Shown one piece after another: positions 11,795 through 20,300 of a stretch of 64,000 nt of DNA (the stretch's first letter is position 1; every line of letters starts with the position of its first letter). Made by a program: the position numbers and the translations under genes. Location of the stretch: assembly GCA_947581645.1 (NCBI GenBank), contig CANPVF010000126.1:140-64139 (forward strand), read 5' to 3'. Below the pieces are notes generated by a model. It did no database searches and was not told where the DNA came from. It saw only the letters and a list, made by a program, of their open reading frames with translations. Origin of the DNA: Candidatus Caribbeanibacter nitroreducens. Its GTDB lineage: Bacteria; Gemmatimonadota; Gemmatimonadetes; Palauibacterales; Palauibacteraceae.

Positions 11795-13045
11795 ATGCTC
11801 ACCAACCGCGGGTTCAGCATCGGCCGCTGGTTCGGCTTCAACGTCCGGATCGACTACTCCTGGTTCGTCATCTTCGCGCTGGTCCTGTGGACGTTCAGCG
11901 CCCGCGTCTTCCCGCTCGAGGTGCCGGGCTACTCCACCGTCGCCTACGCGTCCATGGGGCTGGTGGGCACGCTCCTCTTCTTCCTCTCCGTGCTCCTGCA
12001 CGAGCTGTCGCACTCGGCCATGGCCCGGAGGCGGGGCATCGAGGTGGAGGGGATCACGCTCTTCATCTTCGGCGGCGTGGCCCAGACCAGCATGGAGGCC
12101 GAGGAGGCCATCGACGAGTTCCTCCTCACCGTGGTGGGGCCCCTCTCCAGCATCGCGCTGGCCGGCCTCTTCTGGGCCCTGAGCATCGGGGCGGACTTCT
12201 TCGCCCTGGGCGAGCCGACGATCGCGGTGGCCACGTACCTGGCCTGGCTCAACGGGATCCTGGCCGCCTTCAACATGCTCCCCGGATTCCCGCTGGACGG
12301 CGGCCGGATCTTCCGCTCCACGGTGTGGCACTTCACCGGGAACCTGGAGAAGGCCACCCGGTGGGCCAGCCGCGGCGGTCGGGTGGTGGGCTACCTGCTC
12401 ATCGGCCTCGGCCTCTTCGAGCTGTTCATGGGCGAGCTGGTGGGCGGGCTCTGGTCGGCCTTCATCGGCTGGTTCCTCTCCAACGCCGCCGACGCGAGCT
12501 GGCGGCAGTTCCGGGCCCGCCAGACCCTCTCCCGGATTCCCGTCTCCCGGGTCATGGTTCGGGACCCGGTGACCCTGCCGGAGGAACTGCCCGTGGACCG
12601 GGCGGTGGAGGCGTGCTTCCAGCGCCGGCCGCACTCCGCCTACCCCGTGACCCGGGAGGGGCGGCTGGTGGGGATGGTCTCCCTGGACCACGTGAAGGAG
12701 GTGCCGCGGGAGAAGTGGGCCGAGACGACGGTCCACGACCTGATGCGGCCCATCGAGAACGTGCCGACGGTGAACCCGCGCGAGTCGCTGGACGAGGTGA
12801 TCTCCGGCCTGAAGATGGACGAGCACAGCCGCATCCTGGTGGTGCAGGACGGCGTGCTCCTGGGCGTCGTCACGCTGGGCGACATCGGGGCCTGGGTGTC
12901 GCGGGCCCGGGACCTGGGCATCGACCGGAAGGAGGAGGCCGTGGAGCTCGCCGCCGCCGGCTCGACCGACGTCGGAGGGACGGGCGGCGCGACGGCGGCC
13001 GGAAGCAGCCCGGAGGCAGACACGCGGACCGAGGGAGCGGGCTGA
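11795..13045 (+). CDS. site-2 protease family M50 intramembrane metalloprotease with tandem CBS domains
   Basis: HELSHSAMARR (HExxH inside a TM helix), a downstream LDGG motif, and a C-terminal CBS pair (VMVRDPVTL…ILVVQDGVLLGVVTLGDI). Confidence 0.85.
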   Translation: MLTNRGFSIGRWFGFNVRIDYSWFVIFALVLWTFSARVFPLEVPGYSTVAYASMGLVGTLLFFLSVLLHELSHSAMARRRGIEVEGITLFIFGGVAQTSMEAEEAIDEFLLTVVGPLSSIALAGLFWALSIGADFFALGEPTIAVATYLAWLNGILAAFNMLPGFPLDGGRIFRSTVWHFTGNLEKATRWASRGGRVVGYLLIGLGLFELFMGELVGGLWSAFIGWFLSNAADASWRQFRARQTLSRIPVSRVMVRDPVTLPEELPVDRAVEACFQRRPHSAYPVTREGRLVGMVSLDHVKEVPREKWAETTVHDLMRPIENVPTVNPRESLDEVISGLKMDEHSRILVVQDGVLLGVVTLGDIGAWVSRARDLGIDRKEEAVELAAAGSTDVGGTGGATAAGSSPEADTRTEGAG

Positions 13046-13722
13046 TGACCGACGGGGGGAGTACGGACGCGATCGGGACGACGGAGGAGCGGCGGGCCCG
13101 CGTGCAGAAGATGATCCCGCGGCTGGAGGAAGCCTACGACGACCTCGAGATCACCCTGGACCACTCCAGCCCCCTGGAGCTGGTGGTGGCCACCATCCTC
13201 TCGGCGCAGTGCACCGACGCCCGGGTGAACCGGGTGACGCCCGACCTCTTCGACCGGTACCGGACGGCCGAAGACTACGCCGGCGCGGACCGGGAGGAGC
13301 TGGAGGAGCTGATCCGCTCCACGGGCTTCTACCGCAACAAGGCGAAGTACATCCAGGGCATGGCCCGGAAGCTGGTGGAGGAGCACGACGGCCGGGTGCC
13401 GCGGAGCATGGAGGCGCTCACGGAGCTCCCCGGCGTGGCCCGCAAGACGGCCAACGTGATCCTCTCCAACGCCTTCGAGCGGAACGAGGGCGTGGTGGTG
13501 GACACGCACGTCCAGCGGGTGTCCCGGCGCCTCGGGCTCACCGACCACGAGCGGCCGGAGAAGATCGAGGAGGACCTCATGGAGGTGCTCCCCCGGGAGC
13601 GGTGGCGCTCCTTCGCCTGGAGGCTGATCCTCCACGGCCGGAACACCTGCAGCGCACGGAGCCCTTCCTGCGGCGACTGCATTCTCGAGGACCTCTGCCC
13701 GAGCGCCCACGCGTTCGACTGA
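13045..13722 (+). CDS. nth: endonuclease III (DNA glycosylase/AP lyase)
   Basis: HhH-GPD fold residues (LPGVARKTANVIL) and the 4Fe-4S loop C-x6-C-x2-C-x5-C (CSARSPSCGDCILEDLC). The ATG overlaps the upstream stop. Confidence 0.9.
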   Translation: MTDGGSTDAIGTTEERRARVQKMIPRLEEAYDDLEITLDHSSPLELVVATILSAQCTDARVNRVTPDLFDRYRTAEDYAGADREELEELIRSTGFYRNKAKYIQGMARKLVEEHDGRVPRSMEALTELPGVARKTANVILSNAFERNEGVVVDTHVQRVSRRLGLTDHERPEKIEEDLMEVLPRERWRSFAWRLILHGRNTCSARSPSCGDCILEDLCPSAHAFD

Positions 13723-13790
13723 ACCGCGGAGGGTGAGCCCGTGACCCGGCCGCCGACGCCCGCGTCGATCCCTCCTCCCGGCGACCGACC

Positions 13791-14948
13791 GTGACCGAGG
13801 AGAGCCGGCGGGAGCCGGGACGGGCGATCCGACGGGCGGCCCGGGACCTGGGCTTCGACCAGGTGGGCGTGGCGCCGGCGGAGCGGCCCGCCCACGCCGA
13901 CTGGTACCGGGAGTGGCTGGATCGCGGCTGGCAGGGCGAGATGGAGTGGATGGGGCGGGACTACGCCGTCCGACGCCGGATGGACCCCTCGGAGGCGCTG
14001 CCCGGCTGCCGGAGCCTGATCGTGGTGAGCCTGTCGTACGCCACTCCGGAGAACCTCACCGGGGAGCGGCCCACGGCGGGGGCGGCGGCGTCCCCGGCGC
14101 GCGGCGAGGACGACGGTGCGGAGTCCGGTCTCCGGCCCGTCGTGGCCCGCTACGTGGACGGGAACCGGGACTACCACCTCCTCTTCGAGGAGCGCCTGGA
14201 GCGGCTCGCCGACCGGGTCGAGGAGCTGGCCCCGGGGGCGGAGACCAGACCCTACGTGGATTACGGGCCGGTGCTCGAGCGGGACCACGCCCAGCGGGCC
14301 GGGCTCGGGTGGATCGGGAAGAACACCTGCCTGATCGACCCGGAGCGCGGCTCCTACCTCCTGCTCGGCGAGCTGCTCACGACCCTGGATCTGCCGCCGG
14401 ACGAGCCCTTCCGGGAGGACCGCTGCGGCTCGTGTCGGCGGTGCATCGAGGCCTGTCCGACCGACGCCATCCGCGGCCCGAGGGAGCTGGACGCCCGGCG
14501 GTGCATCTCCTACCTGACCATCGAGCTCGAGGGATCGATACCGGTCCACCTGCGGGAGGCCGTGGGCAACCGGGTGTTCGGCTGTGACATCTGCCAGGAG
14601 GTCTGTCCCTGGAACCGTGAGACGAGCGAGGCGGCGGATCCGGGCCTCCGGATGGGCAAGCCGGTGGAGCCCGGGACCATGACCGCGTGGGCCGAGGAGC
14701 TCCTGGATCTGGACGACCGGGAGTTCGAGGCGCGCTACGGCGACACGCCCTACGAGCGGCCGGGACGCGAGGGGCTGCTGCGGAACCTGTGCGTCGGCCT
14801 CGGGAACAGCGGCTCGCAGGAGGCCGCCCGGGTCCTGCTGCGCGCCGTGGAGGAGGGATCCGAGCTGGTGGCCGAGCACGCGGCCTGGGCCCTGGGCCGG
14901 CTCGGCGCGCGGGCCCCGGGCGCCGAAGACGGCGGAACGTCCCCGTGA
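13791..14948 (+). CDS. queG: epoxyqueuosine reductase
   Basis: Two 4Fe-4S ferredoxin motifs (CGSCRRCIEACP and CDICQEVCPWNR) and a C-terminal HEAT-like region, consistent with QueG architecture. GTG start. Confidence 0.9.
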   Translation: MTEESRREPGRAIRRAARDLGFDQVGVAPAERPAHADWYREWLDRGWQGEMEWMGRDYAVRRRMDPSEALPGCRSLIVVSLSYATPENLTGERPTAGAAASPARGEDDGAESGLRPVVARYVDGNRDYHLLFEERLERLADRVEELAPGAETRPYVDYGPVLERDHAQRAGLGWIGKNTCLIDPERGSYLLLGELLTTLDLPPDEPFREDRCGSCRRCIEACPTDAIRGPRELDARRCISYLTIELEGSIPVHLREAVGNRVFGCDICQEVCPWNRETSEAADPGLRMGKPVEPGTMTAWAEELLDLDDREFEARYGDTPYERPGREGLLRNLCVGLGNSGSQEAARVLLRAVEEGSELVAEHAAWALGRLGARAPGAEDGGTSP

Positions 14949-15020
14949 ACCCTGCGCTTTACTCGATCGCTTTGTAATCCTCCGGGTCCGGGTGTCCTCC
15001 GTTCCGGGCCCCGGCCGGCG

Positions 15021-16274
15021 TCAGCCGTCGGCGTCCCGGAAGAGCAGGGCCCCGTTGATGCCCCCGAAGCCGAAGGAGTTGCTCAGGGCCCACTCGCCGG
15101 ACCAGGCGGCGCCCTCGCCGCGCACGAAGCGGAGCGGCGCCTCATCGTCCGGCTCCTCCAGGTTCAGCGTCGGCGGCAGCCAGCCGCGGCGGAGGGCCAG
15201 ACAGGTGATGGCCGCCTCGATGGCCCCGGAGGCCCCCAGGGCGTGGCCGTAGTAGCCCTTCGTGGCGCTCACCGGCACCTCGTCGGCCCGCGCCCCCAGG
15301 ACCCGGCGGATCGCCCGGGCCTCCGTGGGATCGTTGAGCGGCGTGGAGGAGCCGTGGGCGTTCACGTGGTCCACGTCTTCCGGCCCGACCCCGGCGTCCT
15401 CCAGCGCCTGCTCCATGGCCCGGGCCGCCTGGCTGCCGTCCGGGCGGGGCTTCGTCATGTGGTAGGCGTCGTTCGTGGTCCCGAAGCCGGCGACCTCTCC
15501 GTAGACGCGGGCGTCCCGCTCCCGGGCCCGCTCCATGCTCTCCAGCACCAGCACGGCGGCCCCCTCGCCCATGACGAAGCCGTCGCGGTCCCGGTCGAAG
15601 GGGCGGGAGGCGGTCTCGGGCTCGTCGTTCCGCGTGGACATGGCCCGGATCATGGCGAAGGAGCCGAAGGTGAGGGCGGCCAGCGGCGCCTCGGCGCCGC
15701 CGGCCAGAGCCAGCTCCGCCTCGCCGCGCCGGATGGCCCGGAAGCCCTCTCCGATGCCCAGGGTCCCGGAGGCGCAGCTCATGGCGTTGGTGGAGTTGGG
15801 GCCCTGGTAGCCGTACTCGATGGCGATGTTGCAGCTGGCGGCGCCGCCGAAGACGGTCAGCGCCAGCATGGGATTCACGCCGCGCACCCCCTCGTCCATG
15901 TAGGCAGCGTGCTGCTCCTCGGCGTAGGCGATGCCGCCCAGCGCCGTGCCCATCTGCACCGCCACTGCCTCCGGATCGGGCTCGTCCGGGTCCACCCCGG
16001 CGTCCTCCAGGGCCATGTCGGCCGAGGCCAGGGCCAGCGCCCCGTACCGGTCCAGGCGACGGGCCCGCTTCTCCCCGAGTCGCGCCGCCGGGTCGAAGTC
16101 GCGGACCTCGGCCGCCACCCGGGAGCGGAAGTCGGAGGCGTCGAACCGCGTGAGCTCACGGACGCCGGATCGCCGCCGCCGCAGCCCCTCCCACAGCCCC
16201 TCCACTCCCTCTCCGATGGGCGTGACGCACCCGATGCCCGTGACCGCCACGCGGCGGTCGCCGTCGTCGCTCAT
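15021..16274 (-). CDS. beta-ketoacyl-ACP synthase II-like (stand-alone ketosynthase)
   Basis: Start MSDDGDRRVAVTGIGCVTPIG is residue 152 of ORF 15021..16727. Catalytic Cys in GPNSTNAMSCASG, and His/His motifs HVNAHGSSTPLND and GYYGHALGASG. Confidence 0.85.
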   Translation of the reverse strand: MSDDGDRRVAVTGIGCVTPIGEGVEGLWEGLRRRRSGVRELTRFDASDFRSRVAAEVRDFDPAARLGEKRARRLDRYGALALASADMALEDAGVDPDEPDPEAVAVQMGTALGGIAYAEEQHAAYMDEGVRGVNPMLALTVFGGAASCNIAIEYGYQGPNSTNAMSCASGTLGIGEGFRAIRRGEAELALAGGAEAPLAALTFGSFAMIRAMSTRNDEPETASRPFDRDRDGFVMGEGAAVLVLESMERARERDARVYGEVAGFGTTNDAYHMTKPRPDGSQAARAMEQALEDAGVGPEDVDHVNAHGSSTPLNDPTEARAIRRVLGARADEVPVSATKGYYGHALGASGAIEAAITCLALRRGWLPPTLNLEEPDDEAPLRFVRGEGAAWSGEWALSNSFGFGGINGALLFRDADG

Positions 16275-16807
16275 CGCTCCACGCTCCCCTCGGGTCCCGC
16301 CCCTCCGCTCGCTCCGGCCTCCGCTGCCTCCCGCTCCGCCCGGGCGCGGATTCCGGCCAGGGTCCGGTCCGCCACCACGTGGACGAAGTGGGGGCCGATG
16401 ACATGCTCGGCGGCGAACCGGCCGATGAGCGGCCATCCCGGGCCTTCCCAGTCGTGGACGATCACAACGCGGGTCCGGTCGGCCCCGGCTCCGGCGTCGC
16501 CGGCCGGCGTGAGGCGCCACTCCACGTCCATGCCCTCGGTGATGCCGTCCACGTGCCGGTACCGGACCACCTGCTCCTCCGGGTCGGCCTCCATCTCGGA
16601 GACCCACCAGGTGGGATACGGGACCGGCCCGAAGTACCGGTGCGCGGCCATCTCCACCCGGCCGCGGCCGAATCCGTCCTTCCGGTGGAAGGTGACCCAC
16701 CGGTAGTGGGGGAGGATCTCCGGCCATCGCTCCACGTCGGCGGCGGTCCTGAACGTGACGTCCGCCGGGGCGTCGACCAGGATCTCGTTGTGGGTGTGCA
16801 TGGCCAT
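16271..16807 (-). CDS. SRPBCC-superfamily (polyketide cyclase/dehydrase-like) protein
   Basis: Start MAMHTHNEILVDAPADVTFRTAADVERWPEILPHY is residue 191 of ORF 16271..17377. About 178 aa. Its stop overlaps the ketosynthase start (ATGA). Confidence 0.7.
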   Translation of the reverse strand: MAMHTHNEILVDAPADVTFRTAADVERWPEILPHYRWVTFHRKDGFGRGRVEMAAHRYFGPVPYPTWWVSEMEADPEEQVVRYRHVDGITEGMDVEWRLTPAGDAGAGADRTRVVIVHDWEGPGWPLIGRFAAEHVIGPHFVHVVADRTLAGIRARAEREAAEAGASGGAGPEGSVER

Positions 16808-18156
16808 CAGGTAGCTCCCGGTGTTCTGTGTGTCCTGTCGGAAATCATGCTGGATGAGCTGTCCGGGGACGATCGTCCCGGGGTCCGCGGCCAGACGGGT
16901 CGGGCGTCTCCCCCCGGCTCCCCCGGCCCCGGCGAGGCCAGCGCCCGTGCCAGGCGATCCGGACGCACCAGGGCCCGGGCCGGGAGCCGGTCGCCGGTGA
17001 CGTCGAAGAGGAGCGACGGCAGGGCGGGACGCGCGGCGAGGACCCGGGCCAGGCCGTCGATCACCCGGGGACGCGTGACGGCGGCGTCCACCCAGCGCTG
17101 GACCCGCCGGCCGGGGGCCAGGAGTCGGCGGGCCTCCCCGCGGTAGCGCTGGAGGGCCGCGCCCTCCAGGGCGGGATCGTCCAGGCACCGGAGGATCGAG
17201 CGGGCGGCCAGCCGGGCCGTGGCCAGCGCCCGGAAGATGCCCTGGCCGGTGAGGGGGTCGAAATAGCCCGCCGCGTCGCCCACCAGCAGCGCCCCCGGCA
17301 CGGCCAGCCGCTCCGGCTTCACCTCGAAGGGGCCCGTGACCTCGATCCCGGAGGCGGGCTCGGTCTCCGCGACCCACGCCTCCAGGCCGTATCCCCGCAC
17401 CCGTCGGCGGAAATAGCCCTCCCGGGACCGGGAGACGGCCGGCGCCGCCGAGCGCGGGATCACCAGCGTCAGGTTGTAGCGGCCGCCGCCCACCGGCGCC
17501 AGGCCCAGCACGCCGTCGTCGCCGAGGCGGAGCTCGCCCGAGCGGGCCGGTCCCCGCGGGGCGTGCACGCGGCGCACCAGCGCGATTCGCCGCCGCGGCC
17601 CCGGGTGCACGCCGCCCAGCTCCCGGGCCACCGTGGACCGGAGGCCGTCCGCCCCCACCACGAACCGGGCGCGCAGCTCCCGCTCACGGCCCCGCCCGTC
17701 GCGGATCCGGAGCCCGGCCGCCCGGCCCCTCTCCCGGAGGAGGCCCACGGCGCGCGTGCGCTCCAGGAGCCGGGCGCCCTCGCGGCGGGCTCCGTCCAGC
17801 AGCGCGGCGTCCAGCTCCCGGCGGGGGAGCGAGAGGCCCTCGGCGGGGCCCCGGCCCCGATCGGGGTCGAACCGTCCGGCGAACCAGGTGCCGCCGGGGC
17901 TCCGGACGCGCCAGCCCGTGAGCCGACCGGGCCCGCGCGCCTCCAGCTCCGGCAGCACGCCGAGCTCCCGGAGGAGGGGGGTGGCCCCGGGGCTGAGGCA
18001 GTCGCCGCACGGCTTGGAGCGGGGAAAGGACCGCGCGTCGAGCAGGGCCACCTCGACCCCGGCCCGGGCCAGACGGATCGCCAGGGAACTTCCCGCCGGC
18101 CCCGACCCCACGACGGCCACGTCGACGTCCCGGTCGCCCGTCCCGGCCGCGGACAT
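16807..18156 (-). CDS. FAD-dependent oxidoreductase, geranylgeranyl reductase family
   Basis: Start MSAAGTGDRDVDVAVVGSGPAGSSLAIRLARAGVEVALLDARSFPRSKPCGDCLSPGA has the dinucleotide-binding GxGxxG and a PCG-type motif. A later GD motif is in LLVGDAAGYFDPLTGQGI. The stop overlaps the downstream start (TGATG). Confidence 0.75.
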   Translation of the reverse strand: MSAAGTGDRDVDVAVVGSGPAGSSLAIRLARAGVEVALLDARSFPRSKPCGDCLSPGATPLLRELGVLPELEARGPGRLTGWRVRSPGGTWFAGRFDPDRGRGPAEGLSLPRRELDAALLDGARREGARLLERTRAVGLLRERGRAAGLRIRDGRGRERELRARFVVGADGLRSTVARELGGVHPGPRRRIALVRRVHAPRGPARSGELRLGDDGVLGLAPVGGGRYNLTLVIPRSAAPAVSRSREGYFRRRVRGYGLEAWVAETEPASGIEVTGPFEVKPERLAVPGALLVGDAAGYFDPLTGQGIFRALATARLAARSILRCLDDPALEGAALQRYRGEARRLLAPGRRVQRWVDAAVTRPRVIDGLARVLAARPALPSLLFDVTGDRLPARALVRPDRLARALASPGPGEPGGDARPVWPRTPGRSSPDSSSSMISDRTHRTPGAT

Positions 18157-18172
18157 CACGCTGACCGTCCGG

Positions 18173-18922
18173 TCAACGGCGCGGAGGAGCGGCCGCGCCG
18201 CCCAGGATGGCCAGGCGGAAGGGCGGGGCCGGCCGCACACGGGCGTCCTCGAGGCCCGTCTCCACGAGCAGCCGCTCGGCCTCCCCCGGCGTGAAGGCCC
18301 GGCGCACGGAGCGGGGCCCGTCGGAGCGGGGCAGCGGGTTGTTCCGCCACAGCGTGTGGGCCAGGAGCCGCACGGCCAGGTAGGCGGGCCACGAGCGACG
18401 GAGGTCGGCCACCACCCAGGCCCGGCTGGCCACCCGGTCCGCCTCCCGCAGGAAGCTGCGGGCCGCCTCCCTCTCCAGGTGGTGGAGCGTCGTGGAGCAG
18501 ACGACGAAGTCCACCGCGTCGGCCCGGAGCGGAAGACGTTCGGCCCGCAGCCGGAGGTAGCGGGCGCCGGCCGCCTCGTCGTTCCGGTCTCCCCGGTGCC
18601 GGGCCAGCCGGAGCGTCTCCCCGTGGGGGTCGCCCAGGAGGAGGCGGGGGGCGAAGCCCCGCTCTCGCATCCGGCGTCCCAGCTCCCGCCCCATGTCGCC
18701 GCCGCCGGCGCCCACGTCCAGGAGCCGGAGCTCGCCGGACGGGGGCGGGCGGCGCTCCAGGGCCCGCGCCAGCGGGCGCCAGACGGCACGGGTGCCGCCG
18801 AACCGCCGGTTGGCCCGGGCCAGCGCGTCCAGGGCCCGGTCCAGGAGGTCCGGGTCCTGGTCGCCCCGGTCCATGCGCTCCGGGAGGTCGGAGGGGGGAC
18901 AGCGGTCGGCGAGTCGGATCAC
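18173..18922 (-). CDS. class I SAM-dependent methyltransferase
   Basis: Motif I LLDVGAGGGDMGRE. GTG start. Confidence 0.8.
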   Translation of the reverse strand: MIRLADRCPPSDLPERMDRGDQDPDLLDRALDALARANRRFGGTRAVWRPLARALERRPPPSGELRLLDVGAGGGDMGRELGRRMRERGFAPRLLLGDPHGETLRLARHRGDRNDEAAGARYLRLRAERLPLRADAVDFVVCSTTLHHLEREAARSFLREADRVASRAWVVADLRRSWPAYLAVRLLAHTLWRNNPLPRSDGPRSVRRAFTPGEAERLLVETGLEDARVRPAPPFRLAILGGAAAPPRR

Positions 18923-19115
18923 GGGACCAAGCTAGGCTGCCGGTCGCCGGCGAGAAACGGCGGCGTTTGACGGGAGCCGGCCAGCGCGGTAGATGTTTTA
19001 ATGACACTAAAAATTAAATTAGCTTCTACTAAACACACGTCGACTCCTCTTCCGCCGCCCGTCGCCCCGACTCCGTGACGGCCGGTCCCCCGGGAGGAGG
19101 AGCGGGAGCGAAGGC
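18923..19115. promoter_or_regulatory. divergent promoter region containing a ~50-bp AT-rich island (18989-19039)
   Basis: tagatgttttaatgacactaaaaattaaattagcttctactaaacaca sits in a ~72% GC background. A TTGACG-17-TAGATG element is a candidate plus-strand promoter. SD GGAGGAGGAG lies 13 nt before the 19116 ATG. Confidence 0.45.
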
Positions 19116-20285
19116 ATGGACCCCGAACCGATGAGCAGGCGGGACTGGCTCAAACTCGGCGCCACGGGCGTCGCGGGCCTCTCCGGTGCCGCCGTTCTCC
19201 GCATGGCGGGACGGAGCGAGGCCGCGGACGCCATGGAGGCCGCCGGCGTGGGCCAGGACGCCGGCTACGGCGGTGCCGACACCGTCGACGCCGGGCTGGC
19301 AGAGGACCGCGCCCGGGCCACCCCTCCCTCGGAGGTGCCCACCCAGGCCGACGTCCGCCACTCCCTCGAGGGCACGTCCCAGGCCCGGATGGGCGTCTAC
19401 GAGGGGGGCAAGCCCGGCGACGGATTCGACCCCCGGCAGTACCTGACCGAGTTCGACGGCGGCGAGGTCGTGCAGGAGGGCGAGACGACGGTCCACGAGT
19501 ACGACTTCGTGGCCCTGGACCGGGAGATCGAGGTGGCCCCCGGCGTCTGGTTCCCGGCGTGGACCTACAACGGGCGCGTCCCCGGGCCGACGATCCGGGT
19601 CCCCGAGGGAGACGTGATCCGGGTGAACTTCCAGAACGCCGGCTCCCACCCCCACACGATCCACTTCCACGGCATCCACGCCCCGGAGATGGACGGCGTC
19701 TTCCCGGTGGTCGACCCGGGGGAGAAGTTCGTCTACGAATTCGAGGCCCGGCCCGCCGGGCTCCACATGTACCACTGCCACGCGGTGCCCCTGAAGCGGC
19801 ACATCCACAAGGGCCTGTACGGCACCTTCATCGTCGACCCGCCGGGCGGCCGTGAGCCGGCGCGGGAGATGGTGATGCTCATGAACGGCTTCGACACGAA
19901 CTTCGACGCCGACAACGAGGTCTACGCGGTCAACACCGCGGCCTTCTTCTACCAGAGCAACCCGATCACCGTCGGCGTCGGCGACCCCATCCGGGTCTAC
20001 CTGCTGAACCTGACGGAGTTCGACTTCGTGAACTCCTTCCACCTCCACGCGGCCATGTTCGACGTCTACCGGACGGGCACGAAGCCGGAGCCGGACGAGT
20101 TCACGGACACGATCCTCATGTGCCAGGGCGAGCGACACATCCTGGAGTTCGAGCTGGAGAACCCGGGGCTGCACATGTTCCACGCCCACCAGAGCGAGTT
20201 CGCCGAGCTGGGGTGGATGGGCTTCTTCGACGCCGTGCCGGAGCTGGCGGCGGACGAGGGCGTGCCCGTCTACCGCTACGGCTGA
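19116..20285 (+). CDS. multicopper oxidase, small two-domain type, Tat-exported
   Basis: Twin-arginine signal SRRDWLKLGATGVAGLSGAA. Copper ligand motifs HTIHFHGIH, HMYHCHAVPLKRHIHKGLYG (HCH…H) and HMFHAHQ. Confidence 0.8.
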   Translation: MDPEPMSRRDWLKLGATGVAGLSGAAVLRMAGRSEAADAMEAAGVGQDAGYGGADTVDAGLAEDRARATPPSEVPTQADVRHSLEGTSQARMGVYEGGKPGDGFDPRQYLTEFDGGEVVQEGETTVHEYDFVALDREIEVAPGVWFPAWTYNGRVPGPTIRVPEGDVIRVNFQNAGSHPHTIHFHGIHAPEMDGVFPVVDPGEKFVYEFEARPAGLHMYHCHAVPLKRHIHKGLYGTFIVDPPGGREPAREMVMLMNGFDTNFDADNEVYAVNTAAFFYQSNPITVGVGDPIRVYLLNLTEFDFVNSFHLHAAMFDVYRTGTKPEPDEFTDTILMCQGERHILEFELENPGLHMFHAHQSEFAELGWMGFFDAVPELAADEGVPVYRYG

Positions 20286-20300
20286 GCCGGGGGAGCTGCC

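Noticed and set aside
7351-12826. Large minus-strand ORFs 7351..9207, 8807..10453 and 10466..12826
   Set aside because: They run antisense to the hydrolase, NSS transporter, flavin reductase and M50 protease genes, which all have clear motifs. The products are Arg/Gly/Pro-rich, typical of shadow ORFs in GC-rich DNA.
16271-18789. N-terminal extensions of ORFs 16271..17377, 16807..18789 and 15021..16727
   Set aside because: Each extension would overlap the upstream gene's coding region and consists of Arg/Gly/Pro repeats. Homology begins at the internal starts used in the feature list.
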